Positions 40,489-50,651 of a DNA stretch of 64,000 bases are shown in pieces. Positions within the stretch are counted from its first letter, which is position 1, and every line of letters starts with the position of its first letter. The notes beneath the pieces were generated by a model. It was not told where the DNA came from. It ran no database searches and saw only the letters and a program-made list of their open reading frames with translations. Source of the DNA: Candidatus Poribacteria bacterium (lineage in GTDB: Bacteria > Poribacteria > WGA-4E > WGA-3G); the NCBI GenBank assembly GCA_965215265.1, contig OZ244048.1, forward strand, positions 544,001 to 608,000, written 5' to 3'. Position numbers and translations under genes: made by a program.

Positions 40489-41391
40489 CTACGGGTATGC
40501 AACACGGAATCCGATGACGAATTCAGCGTATCCCGTGCTAAAAAAATCGTAACTGGTGCAGGTACTATAGTCGTGGTTGTAGTACCAGGCACCGCCGCAA
40601 GCCACCCGAAATTGCTCCTTATCATCATAAGGGGTGCCTGTCCATTCCCAGACATTGCCGAGCATGTCGTAGCAGCCGAAGGGACTGATACCGTCAGGAA
40701 ACGCGCCAACAGGAGTCGTCCCCCCGGCTCCAAGTTCTGCCGTGTTGCACCGCGGTTTGTCAATTTCATTGCCCCATGGAAACAGTCTATCATCATTCCC
40801 ACGTGCGGCGTACTGCCACTCTGGAAACGTGGGTAATCTACCACCGGCATAACGGGAATACATTTCCGCATTTTCGCATGTCACCCAAACAACCGGATGG
40901 TCACCCTTATTCTCCGGGTAGCTCCCATTAATCCAATCTGGAGGTGGTTCACTGCCAGTGTCCTGAACGAACTGATAGTAGTGCGCGTTCGTCACCGGAT
41001 AGACACTCATCTCAAATTTGTCAATCTCCAAAGGTGCACATTCTTCACCAATGCGTGCTGTTCCGCTAGGAATACGAACGGTTGCAGTTAGCACCTTCAG
41101 TGCTGCATTGCGAACCTGTTTATCCGGATGCCCAAGTGCGTAACCGAGCGGTGAGATAATTTCCCCAACCGGTGGCGTTGTCAAAATTGGCCTCTTCTCC
41201 CAACCGAGTTCCATGCTTAACAGTAGAAGCACCGCATCAGATAGCGATTCCTCAAAGTGCCACAACCAATAATCAGAGAGTAGTTGCTGCAACGCTTCTG
41301 TATCACCACGTTCAGTACGCGCAAGGCGGGATGCCTTTGCCTTTGAGATATTGAGAATATTTTGGCTTGGAATGTTATTCAAAACTGCCAT
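40489..41391 (-). CDS. FGE-sulfatase (SUMF1/EgtB/PvdO) domain protein
   Basis: PVTNAHY, RLPTFPEWQYAARG, DMLGNVWEW and GFRV motifs. Confidence 0.9.
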   Translation of the reverse strand: MAVLNNIPSQNILNISKAKASRLARTERGDTEALQQLLSDYWLWHFEESLSDAVLLLLSMELGWEKRPILTTPPVGEIISPLGYALGHPDKQVRNAALKVLTATVRIPSGTARIGEECAPLEIDKFEMSVYPVTNAHYYQFVQDTGSEPPPDWINGSYPENKGDHPVVWVTCENAEMYSRYAGGRLPTFPEWQYAARGNDDRLFPWGNEIDKPRCNTAELGAGGTTPVGAFPDGISPFGCYDMLGNVWEWTGTPYDDKEQFRVACGGAWYYNHDYSTCTSYDFFSTGYAEFVIGFRVAYP

Positions 41392-41443
41392 TTTATTATA
41401 TTATATCATAAAAAAAGAATTTTGTGCAAGGTATTTTTCTATT

Positions 41444-41774
41444 GTCACTTACCCCTTTTTTTTGAGAGTAGTCTGTGTGTGATATTGTTAGGTTTATCTG
41501 TGAGAAAAGTGGCAGGATAAGTATTCTTTATTTCTCCTTTCAGGAGAGATAAGATTACCTTTTAACTGCCACCCACTAGGCAGTGCTGTTGTGCCAACTC
41601 AGAATGGTTTTTTCAAAACGAGATTTCTAAATCCGAAGCCACTCTTTATATCTCGGAAGCCTTGTTCAATCTGCATGCGTCTGAGGTATTTTATCATAAA
41701 CCCACTGCTTTCCTCACGCTTTTCCAAACAAAAACCTTTCACCACAAACCTTCAAAAAAAATGGGGTTAGTGAC
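41444..41774. mobile_element. Family E MITE with a nested family A element
   Basis: TIRs GTCACTTACCCCTTTTTTTTGA / TCAAAAAAAATGGGGTTAGTGAC; halves are similar to 3518-3615 and 6313-6445. Confidence 0.82.
41509..41579 (+). repeat. Family A palindromic element (71 bp) inserted into MITE E
   Basis: GTGGCAG..CTGCCAC-CCACTAG; absent from the homologous site at 3579-3591. Confidence 0.85.
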
Positions 41775-41849
41775 AATGTGGTGACAATGGGCTTGCGATG
41801 GATGAAAATGACATTCAGGCATCACTCGATAATTGAACGCAATTCGCTA

Positions 41850-44800
41850 TCATGCTAGCGGCGGCAGCTGCCCCACAAGCTTCACTGTCTCTAGACTCAC
41901 CGACACAACCCGTCCGATTAATTCCACAATATATTTCGGGGCATCCGCACGGTTCGGATCGTTCACAATACCGCTCCGTTTGTCTACCTTCACACGATAC
42001 CCATCCACTACCCACTCCAACGCACTACGCGCACCTAAACGATACGCAAAAACCTCATCCGGAATACCGGCTATCGTCAGGAAGTCGTTGTAGTCCAACT
42101 GCGTCTTCTCTTTCGAGAATCTCATCTTCTCTACGCGCCAATCCCGCTGGACATTAGGTGTCTCAATAAACTGCAAGCCTGCAGATTCGGGCTGCGTTTC
42201 ATAGTTGACGTGAAGTTCTGCTAACCGCGCACCAATGTTCACGAACGCCCAGAAATCTGGTGCAAATGGGATGTGAGGTAAATCGCGCTTGAGATTCATC
42301 TGATAAGTTTCGCGATAGTCCGGCTGATGCAATAGCGCATAGATGTAATGAAAGATGTCCCACTTGCTGATAGTGTCCTCGCCGTAGTGAGTTCTGAACG
42401 CTGCCAATGCCCACTCCGTGATGTTTTCACGGCGGTTGCTGCCGTCCTCGGCGTAGATATAGAAAGGGAAACATTGCGTTTTTTCAAATCCCACATCTAA
42501 ATTGGGAATCATATTTGTTGCGAGACAACCAAAGCCTTTCCAATTTCCAACACCCGCTACACAAATTACCTGGTTTTCCTTTTCTGTCTCAGGAGTCGGA
42601 AAGATGAAACGAAAGAGTCCGGGCCGGTCTACTAGCATCCGATCAAAGTAGAGCGCCCGCTTCGTGAAAGGGCGGTAGAGGCATCGCCGCAGTTTTGAGT
42701 CATTAAATTCAGCGAAATGTCCGCTATTCAGATGCCGTTTTAACGTGGAACTCCATTTAATTTTCGTGGCATCAGCATCCACAAAATCATCAACGTTGGC
42801 ACCTCGAGCGCTCTGATGCTGCCACTTGAAAACTTGCATGTTGTAGTTCTCAATCATCCGCTGCATATTTTGAGAGAGCGCTTGGGCGTTGAAGTTGAGG
42901 CTCCACGCATCGCGGTTCGTGCTAATACCGAGGCTGTAAGTTTTGAAAATAACATCCACAGCCTCCCCTTTTGCTTTCTTTGCTTGCTGCGTTCCGAGAG
43001 GAATAAAGGTATCAAACGCTGCGTTGAGTCCTTCCGTGAGCCACGTGTATCGGGCATCCGGGGCGATGGTTTGCCACTCAATATTCCCAGCATGTTGGCG
43101 TTCATTCAGAAAATCAAACTTCCGTTGTCTGTTCCACAGTTCATCGAGGCGATGGTAACAGATACGGCAGGGCTCCGGTGATTTTTGATGTTTCTTCACA
43201 AACAGGTTGATACTGACACCGACCTGGATTCCGAATACATTTGTGTCAGAGACCTTTAAGCCTCGCCTCGCATTGCCCCCCAAGTCCAGAACATAGAGCG
43301 CATCGCAGTCGGCCGCGAGGTGTTTCCGCATCCCGTCGAAAGCCAATCCGTCAAGGAAGCTATTGTTCGTTATCAAGGCGACAATACCTTCATCGCCTAT
43401 CCTATCCAACCCCCATCGAATTGCCTTCACATACGGGTCATACAGCTTATTTTTTAGGGCCGCCTTAGAATCCTTGGCGTATGTCTCTGCGATGCGTTTA
43501 TCCATCGCCGGATACTGCCGATTTTTGTTGTTATCGTTCTCATTCACCTGGCCAGCGTTGTAGGGCGGATTCCCGAGAACTACAAACATCTCCGACGCTT
43601 TCTGACGCTCCACCCGGGCCGTGTTTTCACGCGTGAAGAGTTGCGCCTGCTCTGATTCAAGCAACTCAAACGTATCAACAAGGCAGATGCCTTCAAACGG
43701 CAGGTATTCACCCGTCCGGCGGAAATATTCATGCTCTATGTTCAAACTGGAGATGTAATACGGCAACAGCATCAGTTCGTTGCAGTGGAGTTCCGCCCGG
43801 TATTTCTCCTCCAACATTGTGCCTTCAATGTCTTGCATCAGACGCACGATGAAGTTACCGGTACCAACGAACGGGTCGATGATGTGAACACCCGGCTCGG
43901 AAAGCGAACGGTTAAACTCGGTTTCTAAGAGGTATTCCACACTTTTCACCATGAAATCGACTATCGGTTGCGGCGTATAGACAATCCCATGCGTATCCGC
44001 AACCTCTATAGAGAATCCTTGGAAAAACTGCTCGTAAACCGTGTTCAAAAAATGTTGTTTTTGCGAGAAATCCGTGCAGAGCGTAGCCGCTTGCTCAATC
44101 GCACGATAGAACGGCTCAAGACGCCGCATGAAGCCGTCTCGACTGAAAGCGTGGTGCGTGAGTGCATCAATAACGGTTTCAATGTCGCGGGCGATGATAT
44201 TTCTGCGTGTAAAATCCGGATTATCAAAGACGGTGCGGAAAATGCGTTCTGTGAGCAGGTGTTGGATGAGCATCTCTTCCACTGCGGCTTTAGACAGATT
44301 CGGATTGATTGATGCGCGGCACTGCCGGTAAAAATCAGCAAAAGCGCTGGTGAAGCGTGTATTGGTTTGGTGCTGTTGCCGGATGAGTTGAGCGAGTTCT
44401 CGCCCGAGCGCAGGGACCCTCTCTTTGAATGCAGAAACAGCGGCATGCCACTTCTCAATCGCGGCAAACGGCTCTGAAAACAGACGATGCACTGCCTCAA
44501 GGAGCCTGTCAGGCTGCGTCATGTCTACGTCAAGCACTCTCTTGTCGTTCTGATAGAGGACACCGCGCTGCGGCGTGTAGAAGAAGATATTGGATGTCGG
44601 GTAACCCGCGTCAATCTTTCGTATGATTTCGCGCTCCAGATCATCTGCCATATCTTTCGCTTCACAATAAGCGAAAGGGAGTTCGTATTCGTCAAGAATC
44701 GCACCGTCAAGCACGATACGGTTTCCGCGTTCCGTACGCATAGCATATTGCGGCACAAATACCGCCTCTACCTGTCGCGCACACGTTTGCAGCAGCGTCC

Positions 44801-44915
44801 CCAGCGGAATACTCACCGCACCTTCGTGAACGATGTGGCTCTGTTCGTAGCGTTCCAGCGTCGTGTAGTAGTCACGGACAGATTTACTGTTGGAGTTCAG
44901 CCTCAAGTTTTGCAT
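41850..44915 (-). CDS. Fused restriction-modification enzyme with Type ISP-like MTase and specificity domain, no helicase
   Basis: D..EAK nuclease-like motif near the N-terminus; DPFVGTGNF; GNPPY; YRPF and C-terminal SALEWV..SGIVNDPN. Confidence 0.88.
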   Translation of the reverse strand: MQNLRLNSNSKSVRDYYTTLERYEQSHIVHEGAVSIPLGTLLQTCARQVEAVFVPQYAMRTERGNRIVLDGAILDEYELPFAYCEAKDMADDLEREIIRKIDAGYPTSNIFFYTPQRGVLYQNDKRVLDVDMTQPDRLLEAVHRLFSEPFAAIEKWHAAVSAFKERVPALGRELAQLIRQQHQTNTRFTSAFADFYRQCRASINPNLSKAAVEEMLIQHLLTERIFRTVFDNPDFTRRNIIARDIETVIDALTHHAFSRDGFMRRLEPFYRAIEQAATLCTDFSQKQHFLNTVYEQFFQGFSIEVADTHGIVYTPQPIVDFMVKSVEYLLETEFNRSLSEPGVHIIDPFVGTGNFIVRLMQDIEGTMLEEKYRAELHCNELMLLPYYISSLNIEHEYFRRTGEYLPFEGICLVDTFELLESEQAQLFTRENTARVERQKASEMFVVLGNPPYNAGQVNENDNNKNRQYPAMDKRIAETYAKDSKAALKNKLYDPYVKAIRWGLDRIGDEGIVALITNNSFLDGLAFDGMRKHLAADCDALYVLDLGGNARRGLKVSDTNVFGIQVGVSINLFVKKHQKSPEPCRICYHRLDELWNRQRKFDFLNERQHAGNIEWQTIAPDARYTWLTEGLNAAFDTFIPLGTQQAKKAKGEAVDVIFKTYSLGISTNRDAWSLNFNAQALSQNMQRMIENYNMQVFKWQHQSARGANVDDFVDADATKIKWSSTLKRHLNSGHFAEFNDSKLRRCLYRPFTKRALYFDRMLVDRPGLFRFIFPTPETEKENQVICVAGVGNWKGFGCLATNMIPNLDVGFEKTQCFPFYIYAEDGSNRRENITEWALAAFRTHYGEDTISKWDIFHYIYALLHQPDYRETYQMNLKRDLPHIPFAPDFWAFVNIGARLAELHVNYETQPESAGLQFIETPNVQRDWRVEKMRFSKEKTQLDYNDFLTIAGIPDEVFAYRLGARSALEWVVDGYRVKVDKRSGIVNDPNRADAPKYIVELIGRVVSVSLETVKLVGQLPPLA

Positions 44916-45345
44916 GCCTTTATCATAGCAGAATTCAAAACAAATAGCAAGCCGATTTTCCTCTGTGAATGTGAAAATCAAACTTTTCTAAACCAAATTT
45001 ATTTAGGAAATCCGTCTAAACACTTAATGTGACGATGAACACGAATTTTTATGTAATTTACGTCATATAAAGCACGTTTAAGTACTGACATATCAAAAAA
45101 GGTGGGGTCCTACCAAGGTTAGCTAAGCGAAAGCGCTTATTCTGATTATTTTTCCTTCTGCCACCACTATGCTATGAGGAACTACGCCTCAGCTGTGCCC
45201 TCGCGTCACCTGACTTGGCTACTTTCTTAATGCAAGTGTCTCATTTCCGTGCACAGATGCCCAGGGCATCTTTGTGGAACGAAATAATTAACCCATTCAT
45301 TCCCGGTAACCCTTGCAAGTAGTTATAGGCTTGTTTCACTTTAGG

Positions 45346-45375
45346 TTGACAACAACGTATTTTGGGTGTTATACT
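45346..45375 (+). promoter_or_regulatory. sigma-70 promoter upstream of PEPCK
   Basis: TTGACA-18-TATACT with extended -10 TG. Confidence 0.6.
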
Positions 45376-45566
45376 ATACATGCTGCATTCAGTTTTGTCT
45401 GATGCTTAATTCGGTTTTTAACTTGCTATGTGATAAAAATTCATCTAAGATATTTTGAAAAAATGTAGAACCTATTTCATACTTTGGAAGTGCGCGTTCC
45501 TTACGATGAGATGACTTTAGGGTACCGGCTTCAGGAAAATATGGTGCCCTGATACAGGAGGATTGA

Positions 45567-47360
45567 ATGACAAACAACAAGAAGCTGCTCAGTTGGGTTG
45601 AAGAAACCGCGAAATTATGCCAACCGGATAACATCTATTGGTGCGACGGCTCTCAAGAAGAGAACGACCGGTTGTGTGAAGAATTGGTTCAGAAAGGGAC
45701 TTTTGTCCGCTTGGATCCGGAGAAGCGGCCGGGGAGTTACCTCGCGCGTTCTAACCCGGAAGATGTCGCCCGTGTTGAAGGGCGTACCTTTATCTGTGCA
45801 AAAAACCCAACTGAGGCAGGACCGACGAACAATTGGCACGATGCCGATGAGATGAAAGCGACGTTAAACGGACTTTTCAACGGATGTATGCGAGGGCGTA
45901 CAATGTACGTTGTACCGTTTAGCATGGGGCCCCTCGGTTCACCTATTTCGCAGATCGGGGTAGAAATCAGCGATTCGCCCTACGTCGTTGTGAATATGCG
46001 GATTATGACACGCATGGGCAGCGCAGTATTAGAGATTCTCGGTGAAGACGGCGATTTTGTGCCGTGCTTGCACTCCGTCGGCATGCCACTCGAACCCGGG
46101 CAGGATGATGTCGTCTGGCCGTGCGATCCGGATAACAAATACATTGTTCACTTCCCAGAAGAACGTTCGATCTGGTCGTATGGAAGTGGCTACGGTGGCA
46201 ACGCACTCTTGGGGAAAAAATGCTACGCGCTTCGTATTGCCTCTACTATGGCAAAAAATGATGGCTGGATGGCAGAACATATGCTAATTGTGGGCTTAAC
46301 GAGCCCGGAAGGTGGAAAAACATATATCGCGGCCGCATTTCCGAGCGCTTGTGGTAAGACGAACCTCGCTATGCTGACCCCAACTATCCCCGGGTGGAAA
46401 GCGGAATGCGTGGGCGATGATATTGCCTGGATGAAATTTGGCGAAGATGGGCGACTCTACGCGATTAATCCGGAATCAGGTTTTTTCGGTGTTGCTCCTG
46501 GTACGTCAATGGACACGAATCCGAACGCAATGCACACCTTAGCATCCAACTCTATCTTCACGAATGCTGCACTCACGCCCGATGGCGACGTGTGGTGGGA
46601 AGAGATGCGTGATGAAGCCCCGGAAACAGTAACGAGTTGGCTAAACGAAGCATGGCACCGTGGCGATGAAAAGACAGCGGCACACCCTAACTCCCGTTAC
46701 ACAACCCCGGCATCGCAATGCCCGATTATCGACCCAAATTGGGAGAACCCAGCAGGCGTGCCGATCTCCGCAATTCTCTTCGGAGGTAGGCGTGCAACGA
46801 CGGTCCCGTTGGTTTATGAAGCATTTGATTGGCAACACGGCACGTTTATTGGGTCCGCGATGTCTTCTGAGCGTACGGCTGCAGCTGCAGGAACAGTCGG
46901 CGAACTGCGCCGCGACCCGATGGCCATGCTACCGTTCTGCGGATACAATATGGGTGACTACTTCGCGCACTGGCTGCAGCTTGGGAAACAGACGGCTGAA
47001 AGCAAACTCCCCAAAATTTTCTATGTCAATTGGTTCCGGAAAGATGCAGACGGCGGCTGGCTGTGGCCCGGTTTTGGCGAAAACAGTCGTGTGCTTAAAT
47101 GGATTGTGGAGCGCGTCACCGGAAAAGGCGAGGCAGTAGAAACGCCGATCGGATACCTTCCTGCACCTGGTGCAATTGATACCAGCGGCTTAGACGTAAC
47201 CCAAGAACAGATGGAAGAACTCCTGAAAGTTGATGTGGAAGAATGGCTTGGCGAAATTCAATCCATTAAGGAGCATTACGAACGTTTTGGCGATAGGCTG
47301 CCGACAGCGTTATCGGATGAGTTAGCAGCACTGGAAGCCCGTTTGCGCACAGCAGAGTAA
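45567..47360 (+). CDS. pckG: Phosphoenolpyruvate carboxykinase (GTP)
   Basis: [24 protein letters not shown] and NWFRK motifs. Confidence 0.97.
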   Translation: MTNNKKLLSWVEETAKLCQPDNIYWCDGSQEENDRLCEELVQKGTFVRLDPEKRPGSYLARSNPEDVARVEGRTFICAKNPTEAGPTNNWHDADEMKATLNGLFNGCMRGRTMYVVPFSMGPLGSPISQIGVEISDSPYVVVNMRIMTRMGSAVLEILGEDGDFVPCLHSVGMPLEPGQDDVVWPCDPDNKYIVHFPEERSIWSYGSGYGGNALLGKKCYALRIASTMAKNDGWMAEHMLIVGLTSPEGGKTYIAAAFPSACGKTNLAMLTPTIPGWKAECVGDDIAWMKFGEDGRLYAINPESGFFGVAPGTSMDTNPNAMHTLASNSIFTNAALTPDGDVWWEEMRDEAPETVTSWLNEAWHRGDEKTAAHPNSRYTTPASQCPIIDPNWENPAGVPISAILFGGRRATTVPLVYEAFDWQHGTFIGSAMSSERTAAAAGTVGELRRDPMAMLPFCGYNMGDYFAHWLQLGKQTAESKLPKIFYVNWFRKDADGGWLWPGFGENSRVLKWIVERVTGKGEAVETPIGYLPAPGAIDTSGLDVTQEQMEELLKVDVEEWLGEIQSIKEHYERFGDRLPTALSDELAALEARLRTAE

Positions 47361-47387
47361 ATTAATTGATGTCTTGTTTAGCGTTGA

Positions 47388-47423
47388 ATGGCAAGCGTGG
47401 TTAGCCTTCCTTGCCATTTTTCT
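47388..47423 (+). terminator. Probable intrinsic terminator
   Basis: AATGGCAAG..CTTGCCATT stem followed by a T run. Confidence 0.5.
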
Positions 47424-47525
47424 TCTCATGGCACGCTTCTGGAAATCGTTCCCATAAGGATTCAGAGACGTGTCTGGATGGGGATATCAAGATGAATCGG
47501 ATTCACATAATAAAAGGAGTTGGCA

Positions 47526-48510
47526 ATGGAGGAACAGACCTACCGTGTTGCACCGCCGGGATTTACACCGGCACAGTGGAAAACGTTCAACGAAGATGGT
47601 ATTATCTTTATTGAAGATGCCATCTCCGACGAAGACATCCAACGTTACATTGATGGGATAGACCGGGCTGCGGAGGCTCACCCGAAATATACACCAGGTG
47701 GGTATTTCGGGGTGGAAAACATCGTTGAACGTGACCCGGTTTTCACAGAGCTCATAGATCATCGTCGACACGTCGGTTTTGCCTACGATTTGTTCGGCGA
47801 ATTGCTCAAGTTGCATCAGAGCCAGTTTTTTCTCCGCCCTCCCGGAGGCAAGCAGTATAACCAATGGCACCCCGACGGTGCACGGGCACTCCCTTACGGT
47901 GTCTTTTCCCCGCAATTGCCCCTTACAAATCAGAATTGGGTACTGGCTAACCGACCTGCCGACAGAGAAAATGGGCAACCTGGTTGTTTTACCGGGTAGC
48001 CATCGGCATCAGTATATGGATGGCTATGATACGCACAAAAGCATCCATGGCGAAAAACTCATCTGCCTGCGGAAAGGCACCATGACAGTTTTGATTCAAA
48101 ACAACGAAGGGCTCCGACGAGATGTACATCGGATTTAACAATACATAACCCTTGATGGGGCTGAAATATACAAAAAGATGCATTCCTGCATCTGGCATCG
48201 TGTGGAACAGAACGAGAGTGATGTGGTGCGTTATAAAATCTTTGTTGCGTACTGTCCATCTTGGCTGACTCCGGCAGATCGGTTTCATTCGTCGCCAGAG
48301 TGGTTGAAAACGCTCAACCGCGAACAACGCATCATTATGCGGAGTTACAGCCATGCATACCACAATGCGAAACCACCTGCGTCAGAATTCCCGCTGTTCT
48401 TGGAACGAGATACCACTACTGAGGCAGATACTGGGGCGTATAGTGAACATGTGCAGCTGCACCGACGGAAACGCCTGACGATGCATGAGCGACTTGCTTC
48501 ACAATTGTAG
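47526..48510 (+). pseudogene. Phytanoyl-CoA dioxygenase (PhyH) gene disrupted by a frameshift and a MITE B fragment
   Basis: WHPD, PGSH and IWH motifs spread over three ORFs; extra C at 47919-47922; 87-bp insert with a stop at 48091-48177. Confidence 0.8.
48091..48177 (-). mobile_element. Half family B MITE inserted in the PhyH gene
   Basis: Reverse complement closely matches 11222-11302. Confidence 0.85.
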
Positions 48511-48550
48511 CCGGGTATTTCGTCTCTTTCAGCCCATCAGCGCCTGATAT

Positions 48551-48715
48551 TTTTTCGTATAGTGCAGCACAACACCAATCTATGCTATGATAACCCTTGT
48601 ACAAATCTCGTCGGAGATTTTCTATGCTATGAATCTAAACATCTAAAGGCTCTGGCGAGATTTGTGCTAAGGTGTTCATAAAATCAATCAGTGTTGTGCT
48701 GAAATATACTAAAAA
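48551..48715. mobile_element. Family B MITE
   Basis: TIRs TTTTTCGTATAGTGCAGCACAACAC / GTGTTGTGCTGAAATATACTAAAAA; internal AAATCTCGTCGGAG..CTCTGGCGAGATTT. Confidence 0.8.
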
Positions 48716-48724
48716 GCGAAAATT

Positions 48725-49855
48725 ATGAAAACATTTTTTCTTAAAGACATGCAGTACCGCCGGGCCCGTGCGATGCTAACCGCACTCGGCATCACTGTGC
48801 TCATCTCCCTAATTCTGTTGCTAGGCGGTATTATGAACGGCATGCAGATTCAGGCTCGGCAGTACGTTGAGTCTACCGGCGCGGACATTTGGGTCTCTTA
48901 CGAGGGCTCCGGTGGTGCTTTCATCGGATTTTCGCTGCTCGCTGAAGAACACATGGTATTCCTTAACTCAGAGCCAGGCTTAGTAGCGAATTCTGCATCA
49001 CCCTTGATTTTCGCACAAGCGAGACCTACAGTGCATGGAAAATCTACGAAGGCAATTGTTGTCGGCTATAAAGCAGGGCAGCTGGGCGGTCCCAAGCAAG
49101 CAATTGAAGGCAGAATGTTCACAGGAAGCCAATTCAAGGATTATAGGCCCGAAGACCCAATTCCTTATGAGGTCGTTGTCGATGAAAAGATGGGACTTGA
49201 GATCGGCGAGCAGATTACGCTTGGTAATGAAAAGGCCCGGGTTGTCGGGAAAACGAAGAGCTTAATGTTTGTTTTGGATACACCATTACTGTTTATGGAT
49301 GTTCGTATTGCTCAGAAGTTACTCTTCGATAACTACCCGCATGTTAATATGATGATTGCCAAAAGCAATGAAAATGCAGCGCCTGCACAGCTGGCTGCAA
49401 CTTTAGACAGTTACGAAACTATTGACGCGCACACTGTCCAGCAGACACTTGGAAATATCATTGAGTACTATGTTGACGAACCGATGAAAGCGGTGCAATT
49501 CCTGCGGGTCATGCTCTGGTTAGCGGCGGGCCTCCTCGTCGGAATGATTACTTATGTGACGATGCTCGAAAAGACACAGGAAATCGGAGTGCTGAAGGCC
49601 ATTGGTGCCTCAAACAGATATGTTATGGGGATGCTCTTGAAGCAGGTAGCACTGATTTCTGTGAGTGGTGTTGTGTGTGGCTTAATTCTCGCCTATCTGT
49701 TTGCGGCCGTGGCTCCAATTTTTGTTGCAGTCCACTTTGCTGAATCGCTCATCGTAGCAGGCATCAGTCTGATTGTGTGTGGTGTAAGCGGCTATTTAGC
49801 AGCCCGTAAGGCAATTCGCGTAGATCCGATGATAGCGTTCCGAGGGGAAATTTAA
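48725..49855 (+). CDS. ABC transporter permease (FtsX/MacB type)
   Basis: EIGVLKAIGA and IRVDPMIAFR motifs; four TM segments. Confidence 0.9.
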   Translation: MKTFFLKDMQYRRARAMLTALGITVLISLILLLGGIMNGMQIQARQYVESTGADIWVSYEGSGGAFIGFSLLAEEHMVFLNSEPGLVANSASPLIFAQARPTVHGKSTKAIVVGYKAGQLGGPKQAIEGRMFTGSQFKDYRPEDPIPYEVVVDEKMGLEIGEQITLGNEKARVVGKTKSLMFVLDTPLLFMDVRIAQKLLFDNYPHVNMMIAKSNENAAPAQLAATLDSYETIDAHTVQQTLGNIIEYYVDEPMKAVQFLRVMLWLAAGLLVGMITYVTMLEKTQEIGVLKAIGASNRYVMGMLLKQVALISVSGVVCGLILAYLFAAVAPIFVAVHFAESLIVAGISLIVCGVSGYLAARKAIRVDPMIAFRGEI

Positions 49856-49871
49856 AGGCGCATCCACACGA

Positions 49872-49962
49872 TTTTTTCGTATACTGTAGCACAACAACTA
49901 CTGCTGTTTTGATATCACTGTTTTTACATAACAACTGCCTTTATTGTGCTGAAATATACAAA
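49872..49962. mobile_element. Short family B MITE between the ABC permease and ATPase genes
   Basis: TTTTTTCGTATACTGTAGCACAA / TTGTGCTGAAATATACAAA ends; lacks the internal hairpin. Confidence 0.7.
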
Positions 49963-49976
49963 TAAAAGGGGGCATT

Positions 49977-50651
49977 ATGGCAGCGATTGTAGAAGGAACC
50001 GGATTAACCAAACGTTTTGGAGCAGGAGATGCAGCCGTCATCGCAGTCAATTCTGTAGATATCCGAATCGAAGCCGGGGAATTGGTGATGATTATGGGCG
50101 ATAGCGGATGCGGAAAAACAACCTTGATTAGCCTCCTCGGCTGTATTTTGACACCAGATGAGGGTGAACTCCAAATTGATGGTGGCTCTATTGACGGGCA
50201 GGTGCAAGACATGAGCGTGGTACGCCGAGAGAAAATTGGGTTTGTCTTTCAACTGTTTCATCTCCTTCCCTACCTGACTGCGCTCGAAAACGTGATGATT
50301 GCTATGGACATAGCCCGAACGGATACAAATGATGCAGCGTCACGTGCTGAAGCACTGCTCGCCCAGGTCGGGTTAGCCGAACGCCTCCATCACCGTCCTG
50401 CTCAGCTGTCAGGCGGTGAAAAACAGCGTGTCTCTTTTGCGCGTGCCCTCGCCAACCGGCCGAAAATTATCTTCGCCGACGAACCAACTGCGAACTTAGA
50501 CAGCCGCCAAAGCGATAACTTAATGGGCCTCATTCAGGAACTCCGCCAAGAACACCAAACCACTATCGCCATAGTCACTCATCACGAAGGTTTGAAATCA
50601 GATGCAGACCGGGTTATCCACATGAAAGATGGAAGGATTGTTACTGCATGA
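49977..50651 (+). CDS. ABC transporter ATP-binding protein (LolD-like)
   Basis: GDSGCGKT, LSGGEKQR and DEPTANLD motifs. Confidence 0.93.
   Translation: MAAIVEGTGLTKRFGAGDAAVIAVNSVDIRIEAGELVMIMGDSGCGKTTLISLLGCILTPDEGELQIDGGSIDGQVQDMSVVRREKIGFVFQLFHLLPYLTALENVMIAMDIARTDTNDAASRAEALLAQVGLAERLHHRPAQLSGGEKQRVSFARALANRPKIIFADEPTANLDSRQSDNLMGLIQELRQEHQTTIAIVTHHEGLKSDADRVIHMKDGRIVTA

Noticed and set aside
45000-45560. Riboswitch or ncRNA upstream of pckG
   Set aside because: Small hairpins are present but I recognise no conserved family motif; an Rfam scan would be needed.
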